Shown: one piece after another, positions 20,848 to 32,213 of the stretch
Numbering within the stretch: position 1 is the stretch's first letter
How the letters are laid out: every line of letters starts with the position of its first letter
The notes under the pieces: model-generated
What the model was told of the DNA's origin: nothing
Database searches by the model: none
The model's input: only the letters and a program-made list of their open reading frames with translations
Assembly (NCBI RefSeq): GCF_001194135.2
Contig: NC_068984.1
Span: 99,009,296-99,049,932 of the forward strand
Direction of reading: 5' to 3'
DNA length: 40,637 nt
Source of the DNA: Octopus bimaculoides
Lineage: Eukaryota
Position numbers and translations under genes: made by a program

Positions 20848-21070
20848 CCCTTTTGTTACCATATTTCTGTTGACATACATTGCCAATGTTTCAATTAATT
20901 TTTAAGACAATGAAGAATTTAGTAAAATAATTTCCTCATTATTAAACTGGGGTCCAGAACAAATTAGCATAAAGTTTTCATGGAAGATTATAATTTAGAT
21001 GATTATAAAACAGTAAGTTTGTCATAGAACCTGAGGTGGTCTCAGGTGTGTTGGTACCAAAACAGGTAAA
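20848..21070. mobile_element. piggyBac-like MITE, decayed
   Basis: Ends CCCTTTTGTTACC and GGTACCAAAACAGGTAAA; TTAA sites are degenerate. Confidence 0.5.
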
Positions 21071-21109
21071 GTGTAAGTTTATTAGGACTGTTATAAAGGA
21101 CAAGACACT

Positions 21110-21348
21110 TTTGCAGTGCTGGGAACCATGAAAAAAGGACCCAGTACACTCAGTAAAGAGACTGGTATTAGAAATAAAATATTCAGCTATAAAAACCAAA
21201 TCAAAAATGGAATGCGAGTGTGATGAAGTCCTCCAACCTATGTAGGTGAGCAGTTCCCTTGGATAAATACTGATTCACACTGCAGTGACCCGTCCAATCC
21301 ATGCCAGTGTAGAAAGCAGATATAAAACAATGACATCAATCATCAAGA
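21110..21348 (+). mobile_element. Highly decayed RTE 3' UTR fragment
   Basis: ACCCAGTACACTC and CCGTCCAATCCATGCCAGTGTAGAAAGCAGA match the tail at 1-296. Confidence 0.6.
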
Positions 21349-21459
21349 TGAAACTCAACTCAATATGTAAGATGAATATTCAGTGCCTTTAAACCATATA
21401 CTCTACAACATACATTGAGCACTCCTGTTTTATTTGTTCAACACAATTCAATAATTGTG

Positions 21460-22015
21460 TGCATGTGTGTGTGTGTGTGTGTGTGTGCACAGACAGCCAC
21501 ACAGGAAGATAGATAAGTAGATATATAGATAAATAGATAGATAGGCAGGCAGATAAATATGTACATACATATCTTCTTACAAAAACAAACATATATTATA
21601 GATATATATAGAAAACAGAAACAACATGAAAGGCGATAGAATAAAGATATACATAAATAAATCATCTACCACCTCCTACCTCAGTAAAATAAAGCAACTT
21701 CGATAAATTGCTTATGAAAGAAGTGAACAGAGTAGGTTTAGGTCTGATGTAGTTGTTACTGTTTAGAGTTTGTGATTCTCCTCTACCATTAGTTTCCTAT
21801 CTAATTGTTAAATGATACTTATCTATTTTCTCTCTATATACATTCATATATACAGATATGCATATCTCTCCCTCACCTTTCTTTTCTCTCCCCTCTCTCC
21901 TTCCTCTCTCTCTCTCTTGAATATACACACACATATACATATATAATATATGTGTATGTGACTGTGTGCGAATGTGTACACACGTGCATAAAAACATACA
22001 TGTACATATGTATGC

Positions 22016-22049
<34 letters not shown>

Positions 22050-22526
22050 TTACACATACATACACACACATATACATATGTATATATACACATATGCAGG
22101 CATGTAAACATACATACACATATGTGCGTTTATCTTCATTACTTGTCATTTGCCATAAAATGAAAAATGTATAAAATAAAAGAGAAGCTTGGTATGTACT
22201 GAAGCACCAACGTAAATGTGGCTGAAAAATAAGTGTTTTGTGTGTGTGTGTGTGTGCGCATGTGCACATCTGTGTGTATGTGTGTGTGCCTGAGTGTGCG
22301 CATGTGCATATTATAAACACATACAAATATATATATGCTCATATGTGTATATGTATGAATGTATATATATATATTTATATACACATACATATATAAGTAT
22401 TTATATATGCATACATACATACACACATATTTATGTACACATGTATATATATTTACTCATATGTATATATGTATAAATGTGTATATATATATATTTTTAC
22501 TCATGTATATGTATATATATATATGA

Positions 22527-22561
<35 letters not shown>

Positions 22562-23042
22562 CTTATATATGCATACATACTATATATTTTATATTATAAT
22601 GTATTGTATATGTTATGTATTCATATATATGAACACATGCATGCACACGGACACACACATTGAAACTAGAAGCAATTACCATTTTTTTTGTTTACCAATG
22701 TCATTTACATATACTTTTTTTAATTAAATTTCTTAATATATATTTTATAGGAATATATTAGTGTGCGTGTGTGTTTGTGTATATGTATGTATGTGTGTAT
22801 TTGTACATATCTATGTGTATCTGTTGGCCTACAATTATTTGTGCGTATGCTAAAATAATAGATTACTTTACTTATATACTACTACTACTACTACTACTAC
22901 TACTACAACTACAATGACAACAACAATAACAACTAGGATGACAAAGACAACGGCAACAAAAATTATCACATACATATATCAAATAAAAAGAATGCTGTCA
23001 TCACCATCACATCCTTATTGCCGCCACCCCCACCACCCTCAC
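21460..23042. repeat. Dense simple-repeat block: (TG)n, (GATA)n, (CT)n, (TA/CA)n, (TAC)n, (CAA)n
   Basis: Read directly; source of the many spurious Y/I/C/V/H/T-rich ORFs. Confidence 0.93.
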
Positions 23043-23280
23043 CATCATCATCATCATCATTTGACTTCCATCATCCCATGTTGACATGGCCTGGACAGGT
23101 TGTTATGGTCCAAGTCAGATCTTATTTGAAGTCACTGCCCACCTAGGTCAATCAGATGGCCACATTTCTCTTGCACTTTAAGTTTTTGACATGTTTTTCT
23201 ATGGCGAAATGCCCTTCCTAACATCAGTCACATTTGAAATATGTGGAGTGCATTTTATGGTTGCACTAGCACTGGAGAGA
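23043..23280 (-). mobile_element. RTE 3' UTR fragment with (GAT)n tail
   Basis: (CAT)n followed by CCCATGTTGACATGG and TGCCCTTCCTAACATCAGTCAC, the reverse complement of the 1-296 tail. Confidence 0.7.
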
Positions 23281-23444
23281 TTTTTTTTTGTCTTAGTAAA
23301 CTCAAGAAGTACCATCTTCACTATGTTCTACCCATCGCTTTATTCCTTTCTTTCCCATATTGCTGGGTGGGAAAAAATTCACAGTTGGAGGATAATAGTG
23401 GAGAAATGAAAAAGATCCAGAGAGAAAGAAGTGAGAGAGAGATG

Positions 23445-23535
<91 letters not shown>
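23445..23535. repeat. (TA)n(GA)n compound microsatellite
   Basis: Read directly. Confidence 0.97.
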
Positions 23536-23537
<2 letters not shown>

Positions 23538-25734
23538 AAGAGGACAACGACACAATCGTTGTTGGTAAGCAGCAATGTTACAGAAAATGATAGAAGAGAG
23601 TAAAGCAGGGTACCTGGATAATAAAGAGGCTATCATGAAGGAAAGGAATGAAATGGTAAAAGAGAAAGAGAGATACACAGTTACCTAATGGTTACTGGTA
23701 AAGAGATTAAATAGAACAGCATAACTGAGGAAGATATATGAGTAAATAATGTGTGTTTGACTGAATCTGCTAATGCAGCATAATGAGGCAAGAATTAGAT
23801 AGGAAAAAGACATGGTCAGAGAGAAAAAATTTAAAACAAATAAAATGGTATCCATATTGATAAATATATGTCTTGTCTGAGATATCACAAAATTCGTTTA
23901 CACCTAGTGAACTGCATATATTTCATAAATGTACTTCAATTCAAGTATATACCTCATTTCTTCATAACAAATATATAACAAATATACGTATGTATGCAGA
24001 TTTGTTTGTATGTATGCACACATACATTACTCGGGAGACCATTTCCTGATATCTAATCTATTCAATAAGTGTTCTGTAATTGGACTTTTTTAATTGTATG
24101 GATGGATAGACAGAACAAAATTGCCATGGCTTTATATATGGGTGAATTATGCAACAAAATTTGTTGCTGATCTAATATAAAAACAATACTCTGCGAATCG
24201 TATTTGCCATATTTGTACAAAACTTTATAACTTTCTTTGAAATGATTGAGTTGAATATGGTAAATGTCAAGTTTCTATTTACTTTCAAATCACTACTAAC
24301 TTCCTAATGATCCTAAGCCAAGAACAAAAGCAAAAAGCACACTGCAATTTCTACAATGGATAAGTTTTAGGAAATGGTCCCTCTATTAAATTAGTTCATT
24401 CAATGTCTGACCTGTTTGACCTGAACTGTCAAATAAAACCCAGTGATCCATAGCAAAGTAGTGGAAATTTGACAATTGATCTCTGACTTGAGCATTGAAG
24501 TAATGAACATTAAAAGCAAAAATCTGTACAGAATCTCTTAAAGAGGAAACATATTGGAATGCTTTGCATACAAACCTGTCCACAGCTATAGCTAAATACA
24601 GGTGCATTAAGAAAGGAACTGATCTGACACACATGATGTAATTGCTATTTGGAAAAATCATTGGTTTATGGGTATTTGCTGATATTTAATCCAAGGACTT
24701 CAGCCTATCAAAAAAGTGTTCTCTGCCTCAGTCAACTAAAATCTAAAACCAGACTAGCTAGATTAAGTTTGTTTAGTTCTACTGAGGTTCACGGATGCCA
24801 ATTAGAAGTATCTGATAAGGTTAGGCATAAAAATCAATTTGATTATTGAATTTCACCTAGTTTATCACCTAGCTTGTATATATGTGGTCACCATGTTTGC
24901 AGTTGTGGGTATCTGTGCATTTGCTGAAAACCATCATTGCATGGCTGGCCGTGAGAAAGAATGATGCTGTATCCTTTAATTGAATGGAAGATCAAGCTAG
25001 CTGCATGTAACATAAATAAGGCAAACTTGTGACCTTTCAACCACATTTTATTGATAGGAAACTGTGCATTTAAATATGCAAATTATCACAGATTCACTGG
25101 TTATCAGAATAGCAAATAGGAATAGATTTATACGTTGACTTAGACATTAGTTATCTGGAAAAGAAAGCTGCAGATACAATAACCACCATACATTGTTGCA
25201 GCTTGGAGAAGAGTACCATGATGTGTCTTGTTCAAAGACCAGCTGGGGTCTGCTGTGATTTGTCTTGCTTGAAGGCTAGCTGTGATCTGCCATGATTCAG
25301 GCCCTAAACTCTGCTTAACTAGGGTTAAAAGGCATGAAATTCTGGAATTTTCAAGAAGCCATCTACACCACACCTTTACACTGATTGGCTGATTCTCATG
25401 ACTGCAAACTAATAAAATCGCGGTTGGAGTTTGAAAGCTAACAGAGTCTTCTCCAAGTGATTTACAATGGAAAAAAAAAAGAAAGAAAAGAAAACGAGAA
25501 AATAAAAAATGGAGTAACAAACTGGCAAAATTACATACAAGTACAAAATGGCAACACGAGTGTAAAAACATGAATAGAATAAAGTATAAATGATGAGATA
25601 AATTTCATTATCTGTAATAATGATTATAGCAATAATTTTGTTAGATACACAAATAGTTTTGAAGTTCTTTGTTTTGCAAACATAAAAAAATTTCTTTTTG
25701 TTAAAAAACGTACGTCTGAGTATATTTAGTTGAC

Positions 25735-26575
25735 CAATGAATTTTCTACCACATTTGTTCACTCTGTCTGTACGAGGTGTAACAGTGTTGTTAGTAAATG
25801 CATCATTTTCTAGTTTAGGTTGTTCAGGTGAGGCAGGTGACGGAGAAGATTGTTGTGGAGGGGTATTAATTCAACAAAGACTTTCTTGAGTTTATCAATA
25901 CTGACAGTTTCCTGTCTTTCTTGTATGTCTAGGACCAAATATTTCTGATTACCTTTGAGAATGTGATGCCGGAATAAACCATGTGCAAAGAATGCTTTAC
26001 TCTATCTTTCCACGCGAAGACCTGAGTTCAGATATTTGTGTCATACAGAACAAAAGTTTTAATTGACTGTAGATGGTGGTAACTTTGCTATGTAACCTTG
26101 CAATTGTTGAATGTAGCTGGCAGGATCATGCTGTTGATTAGTTGCTGCAACTACTATGTGACCAGGTAATGTAAGTGCTGAACCATATGGTAATTCTGCC
26201 AGGGAGTAACCTAGGTCTTCGTTAATAATGGTTAATAAACCTAGTAACACACTCGACAGGGCTTTCAACCATCTATCCGAATTGGTATATGCTTATAAAG
26301 CTACTTTAAGCTGGTGGTGAAAACGCTCTGTCATTCTTTGAAACCTGAGGTGACAAACTTTAGTATGAGCTCTTTCCATACCTAACAGATTAGCTAAGTC
26401 AGTGGAAAGACTGGATTCAAACTGATGACCTCTGTGGGTTGTTATTGCAGTAGGTGTACTGAAGCATGAAATCAATTTAGCCATTAGAGCCTTTGTAACA
26501 ATAAAAGATGAAGTATCCTTGATAGGTTTAGCATCAGGCCATCTGGAAAAACAGTCTATACAGTTCAAGAGATAT
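25735..26575 (-). mobile_element. Ty3/Gypsy integrase relic (core and C-terminal region), no LTR recognised
   Basis: NCIDCFSRWPDAKPIKD..ISCFSTPTAITTHRGHQFES..TERFHHQLKVAL..VLLGL..EDLGYSLAELPYGSALTLPG..ETVSIDKLK. Confidence 0.9.
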
Positions 26576-26628
26576 TTAATCCTGTACAGGGGTTAAAGAA
26601 TCAACAATATTTATGTGAATATTTTTAA

Positions 26629-26846
26629 CCCATTGCAGATGAGAAGTGGTACTGACAGCATTGAAACACTGTGTGTGTGAGCAGTGTGACGTCTCATTTT
26701 GTGCAGCACCATGTTTTCAAATATACCACGCTGAGAAGAATCAGTAAATACACTAAAATTCCTAGTATGAAAAATTATGTAGTTATTGAACAGTGTAACA
26801 CTGGTACACAGCATAGACTGTCAGTACTAAATCTGTCTGCAAGGGG
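26629..26846 (+). mobile_element. piggyBac deletion derivative with TTAA TSDs, retaining the transposase C-terminal cysteine-rich domain
   Basis: TTAA-CCCATTGCAGA..GTACTGACAG ... CTGTCAGTAC..TCTGCAAGGGG-TTAA. Internal frame reads CEQCDVSFCAAPCFQIYHAEKNQ*. Confidence 0.85.
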
Positions 26847-27369
26847 TTAAAACAAATGTCACGAGTAGCAAATGTGCCCGACTGTGCCTTGATGTGGCAG
26901 TGAACTTTAACATTTTGGCAGGATATACAATGTCATACCCAATTATGAATATCCTTCTGAAGGCATGGTAAAAATAAAAATGGATTGAAATCAGTTTCGC
27001 TGTTGCTGAAATACCTAGATAAATAAATTATGAAAGGCTGAAAAGACTTTCTGTATGGTTTTCCAAGACATAAGATCTAGAAAATCCAGTAGAAAATTAC
27101 ATATTAGGGAAGATAGTGACATTTGATTTCAGGATACTAGGCTGATATTTTTAGCATTTGGAATGTGTGTGTAGAGGGAATGTTGCTTAACCTCAAGTCA
27201 ACCTTTACCCAGCAGACTTTTAATCAAAGTATTACCAGTCATGACCATCCCATCATATTTCTTTCAGATTAGGCTACATTATGCAATGTACTCTTCCTTG
27301 TTCACTGTTATATGAAGGAGATTTGGCTATTAATTCAACACAAAAGCACAGCAACTCTTCTCACTGCCT

Positions 27370-27625
27370 TTTCTATCACTGTTATAATAGCCTTTATTTC
27401 TTGTAGATGACTGGGCTCACACCACTTTCATTCCAACACTCCTGGCTCAAACATCTCCTTTCCTCCCATCGCCCTTGATCTGTCTACTTTGTGCTAATCA
27501 CTGTTAACTAGTCTTTTTTTCCCCCCAGAATTTTGGCTCTTGTAATTTCCCTCTCTGCTCATATTTTACCTGCAGATGTTGACTACCAAAATTTCAAAAG
27601 GAATATTAATGGCATCCAGGGGTGT
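27370..27625 (+). mobile_element. L2/Daphne-like LINE ORF2 C-terminal relic
   Basis: SFF..PRILALVISLSAHILPADVDYQNFKRNINGI resembles the generic SFFPRT..LWNSLP...FK..IN ending. Confidence 0.5.
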
Positions 27626-27926
27626 ATATTCTGGTTGATCTAGGTATGCACTGCACATCCATGAAAATAGCAAAGTCATTATAAATATTAACCTTATTCA
27701 TTAATTTAATCATAAATGTTAATGGAAAACTTTTGTTCTACCCCTGCTTGAAATTTGGTAGCATTGTGTGTGGCATCACACCCAATACAACAACCACCAT
27801 ATGCAACTGATGGTATTAGAAAGCCTGCAAAGATCATAGACACTACTTCTTTCTCCTGACTCAACAAGTAACGCAAAAAGAAAATTTAAAAAAAAAAAAC
27901 ACTCATGGGCTGACATTGTTTTTGCT

Positions 27927-28135
27927 TAATCTTTTGACATTCAGATTGCTCTGTCAAATGCAACGGTTATTTAATCACATTGTATTCATCATGCATTATC
28001 TCATAGTTTTGAGATGTTGATGACATGGTTGTATATTTTTAGAATGACATTGTAGGATAGATGTAAGAGATTGGATCTGGCCAATTTGTACAGAAGACGG
28101 GTAGAATATTTCGGCCCAGATATGATGGTTTAAAT
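27927..28135. mobile_element. piggyBac-like MITE fragment (right end lost)
   Basis: Begins TTAATCTTTTGACATTCAGATT; body resembles a common octopus TTAA-flanked MITE, from memory only. Confidence 0.45.
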
Positions 28136-28505
28136 CAGATCAGCCATTATCTAACAGACTTAAGGTTAAAGATGTTACAGCAGTGACGATCATATCTTTT
28201 CCTCATTCATACATAATGCATTAACTAATGTAATATTCCTTGTAATTGTTGTTGTTAAGCCCAAATCAACTTGGACTTAATAGACTTATGAGCAAAGAGG
28301 TTCCAGTTGTGGTCATCCATATTTTATTCATATACAGTGTATATAGAACTATATTATCTAATGTGTTTTCCTTTGTTGTTGATATTTAACTCCAGGTCAG
28401 CCCTGATCCTGCACACCTATTATGAAAAGTGTTCCATTTGTAACTATACTGTTCCTTTTACAGGCATAGTGTGCCTAGGGCTACATTTCCAATGTGTCCT
28501 TTCTA
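28136..28505 (+). repeat. Three diverged tandem units of a ~125-bp module
   Basis: Each unit has GGTCAGCCCTGATC-like, AAAG..TTCCA..TGAC.ATC and ATTAT.CAATGT.T..TCCTT segments, separated by (TTG)n. A fourth dispersed unit lies at about 27185-27305. Confidence 0.65.
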
Positions 28506-28577
28506 ATATGAAAAAGTAGAATGATTACAGGATTCTAGAATGTGGTGTGTGTGTGTGTCTGTGTGTGTGTGCATGCA

Positions 28578-28835
28578 TAAGTACTGAACCATATAGTAAC
28601 TCTGCCAGGGAGTAACCTATTTCTTCGTTAATAATGGTACATAAACCTAGTAACACACTCGACAGGGCTTTCAGCCATCTATCCAAATTGGTATATGCTT
28701 CTAAAGCTGCTTTAAGCTGGTGGTGAAAACATTCTGTTATTCCTGGAAACCTGAGGTGATAAACTGCAGTATGAGCTCTCTCCATACCTGACAGATTAGC
28801 TAAGTCAGTGGAAAAACTGGATTCAAACTGATGAC
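28578..28835 (-). repeat. 258-bp direct duplicate of the Gypsy integrase segment 26172-26429
   Basis: Ungapped alignment with about 22 substitutions (~91%); (TG)n on both sides. Confidence 0.93.
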
Positions 28836-28850
28836 TTGTGTGTGTGTGTA

Positions 28851-29296
28851 CATGATCTGATCAAAAAGTACCAAGACTGTTGCTATGGTAACGGGGGTTA
28901 AGTATGCAAAGTTAAACCACTTGGCAACAAATTGATCTTGAACTCTGTTGCACAAGCACACTGAGTTATAACATTCTCATTCACTTCCATTGTTTATAGC
29001 AGTGCCTGGAAGTAAAGTGTGTAGAGGTGTGGTTGACTCAATCACCACACCACAGAGGTTCCATCAGTGACCATGGCAGAGAAAATATGTGTTTGTGTGT
29101 GTGAATGCATACGTGAAAAGAGATTTTAAGACGTGGAGAAAATCCAAAAGAAGGCAAAGCGAAACTTGGTTACTATACCAAAAAAGGAGTTCAACGAATG
29201 TTTCTCTCAATGGAAATGATACTGAATAAAGTGTGTGTTATCTGTTGTAGTCTTCTTTTTATGACACCAGTTCTAAAATTTTTTGATCAGACCTGG
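28851..29296 (+). mobile_element. mariner internal-deletion derivative (MITE-sized)
   Basis: TIR core G(A/G)TCTGATCAAAAA at both ends, TA on the left. Internal DVEKIQKKAKRNLVTIPKKEFNECFSQWK is a mariner C-terminus. Confidence 0.8.
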
Positions 29297-30269
29297 TGTG
29301 TGAGTACGTGTGTGGTAATCAACATTAATTTATTTAGTGTCTTTGTGTTATTTCCTTGTTGATCTTATATCTTTAGTTTAGCTTTTTATTTCTTATTGTT
29401 GTTTTACATTACAGGAAAGTCTTTTTTTAACAATTGAATTTTCATAGGGGAATATAAGGTTTATCTCTCTTTCTCACACCCTCTCTCATCTCTCTCTCTC
29501 TTCTCTCTCTTCTCTCCTTCCCTCTTTCTTTCCTTCAACTAATACAACTCAAATGCGTATGTGTGGATATGTATGTACATAAATGTATGTATACATACAT
29601 GTATGTATGTGTGAGTGTGTTAGAATGTACTTATTTGTTAGGACAAAAAATACCACAAACCAAATAAATAAAAGAACACAATGTTCTGATGCAGCATAAG
29701 TAATTTTTTTTATTTAATTAGGCTCTCAGTTGTACAAATTGTTTCATTCCTCAAGGGAATTTTTCATAGTATTAGCTGAGTATTAGAAATTTTTCATGTA
29801 CATCTATCTATCTCTCTATCTTTCTATGTATAATATATATATGTGTGTGTGTATTTATATATATATATGTGTGTGAATGTGTGTGTGAGTGTGTGTGCAC
29901 ATATTCACATGTAAAATTGGAAAACAAAGGAGAACAATGAAGGTGGAGAAATGAAGCAGTGCATGGAGTAAAGTGTAATGGTCTAATGGGGGAGTTAGTA
30001 GTAGAAAATTATTGTACTCTCTTTTGGGATAAAGATAAACAATGTAATTACTATTGCAATGTTTAAAAAATAAAACATTCGTTCAATTAGTTATAACAAG
30101 GAAATAAGTATACCATGCTAATTTCTAAATAACAATTATCAGAAGAAAGATGTGTATTTATTTTATGGAGTGATTTCTTTTTTTAAATCTTAGGAGTAGT
30201 AATTTATATGCTAAGCTGAAAAATTACTAAGATGTACGGGAAAAGTAAAGATTTCTTATTCGTTATGTT

Positions 30270-30475
30270 TTACTTTTACTTATTTTGATCATTGGATAAT
30301 GGCCATATTGAGACACTGCTTTGAAGGGTTTTAGCAAACAAATAGACCCCTTGTTATTATTTTTTTAAAAGCCTAGTACTTATTTTATTGGTCTTGTATC
30401 TATGCTGAACTGTTAAGTCACTGCTGTCAAGTGGTGGGTGGGGGACAAATGCAATCACAAAGATACTCACACCTA
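30270..30475 (-). mobile_element. 3' half of a family A SINE
   Basis: AAGCCTAGTACTTATT and GGACAAA..CACA match the other copies. Confidence 0.75.
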
Positions 30476-30496
30476 GATGACATATAATTAAGTGTG

Positions 30497-30838
30497 TGTG
30501 TGTGGCTGTGTGGTGAGAAGCTTACTCCCCAACTACATGGTTTGGGTTCAGTTCTGCTACTTGGCACCTGAGACCTTGGGCCATACTCTCCATACTCTCA
30601 TGCTGACCAAATCTTGTGAGTGTATTTGGTAGACAGAAATTGAAAGAAGCCTGTTGTGTGTGTGTGTGTGTGTGCGTGCGCGCGTGTGTGTGTGCTTGTC
30701 CGGTTCAGCAAAAGAGACCAATAAAAAAAGTACCAGATTAAAAAAATAAGTACTGAGGTCAATTCATTCAACTAAAATTCTTCAAAGTAGTACACCAGCA
30801 TGGCCACTGTCTGATGACTGAAACAAGTAAAAGATACA
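30497..30838 (+). mobile_element. Family A SINE with internal deletion
   Basis: Head GGCTGTGTGGTGAGAAGCTT, TTGGTAGACAGAAATTGAAAGAAGCC, tail CCAGCATGGCCAC..TGACTGAAACAAGTAAAAGA. Confidence 0.85.
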
Positions 30839-30842
30839 TATA

Positions 30843-30893
30843 TCATCATTATCATCATCATTTAAGGTCAGTGTTCCATGCTAGCATGTGTCG

Positions 30894-30897
<4 letters not shown>
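30843..30897 (-). mobile_element. Extreme 3' tip of an RTE element
   Basis: (CAT)n-TTAAGGTCAGTGTTCCATGCTAGCATG, the reverse of the 1-296 terminus. Confidence 0.6.
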
Positions 30898-30929
<32 letters not shown>

Positions 30930-30932
<3 letters not shown>

Positions 30933-32210
30933 GGTGCAGTGGGTAAATTATCGACATTTTATATTTTTAATTTCATGCATGTGAATTATTTGTTTTTGAT
31001 TTTGTCACCTACAAAGTATAGTAGGGTAAGTTGGGCACTGTCTGTGAGAAAAACAGCACCATGACGCAATTCACTCCGCCAGAAATTTGGAAACAACATG
31101 CTGTGCTGCTTGGCATTTATGCCAGAAGCTCCACTACAAACATTTCAGAGTGGAGGTCAATCTGAGGACAGTGCAGAGGATTTGGAAAAAGTTGGATGAG
31201 TATAATGATGATTACAAAGGTACAACAGCTCGAAAAAATCACTCTGATCATTCTGATAAGAAAAGAACTGAATTTGTTGGGGAGATCCAGGCCATGATTG
31301 ACAACAATCCGTCCAACTCCATTAGGTCCATCGCCAGGGACATGGGAGTGTCTGAGTTTCTTATCAGACAGGCAGTGCATGAAGACATTTGGTATTCTGC
31401 ATACAAGATGAGAAAGGCCCAAATTTCATCCGAAGACATCAAGGACAAGAGGAAATATCACACTATGAAGCTTTTGAACAAACTCAAGCATTCCCTCCAA
31501 CCAAGCATGCTTTGGTTTTTCTCAGATGAGAAACATTTCTGCCAGGATCAGATGGTGAACAAACAGAACAACTGCTGGCATGCCATGTCCCCAAAACATG
31601 TACTGAGAGAGATAAAAATCAAACATCCAGTCAACATCATGGTGTTTGGAGTGACCACATGGTTTTTGGTGACATTACGCATCCATTTATCTTCCCACAT
31701 GGCCTCACACTCAACACAGAGGCCTACATCAAGTGTCTGGAGGAAGTAGTGCTGCCCTGGGTCAAGAAGGTGGCTGCTGGAAGATCCTATGTCTGGCAAC
31801 ACACAAGCAGGAAAACCCAGTCATGTCTGTCAGACAATTTCTGCAACCACATCTCCCCTAACATCTGGCCACTTAACTCCCCAGGCTGCAACCCCCTTGA
31901 TTATTATGTGTGGGGTGCAGTTGAGTGAGAGACCAACAAAACTCCTTGCAACACCAAAGATAAACTGAAGGCAACGATTCTGGCAGCATTCACCAACTTA
32001 AACAAAGAGGTTGTCCAGAAGAATTGTAGGAGATTCCAAAGTCGTCTGGAGGCCATGGTTGAAGCCAATAGCAATTTTATTGACTATATTTACTCTTTAG
32101 TATTTCAAGATATTTTTATGTAATTTTAGTGAATATATCTGTTAAAATGAGATGTCAGTGCTATTTTCCTTTTTGCATAATTTGGACAACAATTTACTCA
32201 CCACACCTTG
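30930..32210 (+). mobile_element. Near full-length maT (DD37D) transposon; transposase pseudogene about 31061-32123
   Basis: Imperfect TIRs CAGGGTGCAGTGGGTAAATT / CAAGGTGTGGTGAGTAAATT. Translation MTQFTPPEIWKQHAVL..SIRSIARDMGVSEFLIRQAVHED..WFFSDEKHF..WPLNSPGCNPLDYYVWGAVE. Frameshifts, stops, and the QQD motif is deleted. Confidence 0.92.
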
Positions 32211-32213
32211 TGT

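Noticed and set aside
21389-23678. Many 60-160 aa ORFs rich in Y/I/C/V/H/T/R/E
   Set aside because: Translations of (TA)n, (CA)n, (TG)n and (GA)n tracts.
25140-25571. 143-aa minus ORF, and a plus-strand CRYNNHHTLL resembling a BEL gag knuckle
   Set aside because: ORF partly from a poly-A/T tract; the single motif lacks supporting flanks.
27720-27860. LINE thumb-like fragment (KTFVLPLLE..ESLQR)
   Set aside because: Short and needs several frameshifts; not enough for a feature.
28136-28505. Repeat-spacer (CRISPR-like) reading of this array and of the ATTAAATCAG series at 5630-5820
   Set aside because: Units are diverged over their whole length or irregularly spaced, the context is eukaryotic, and there are no cas-like genes.
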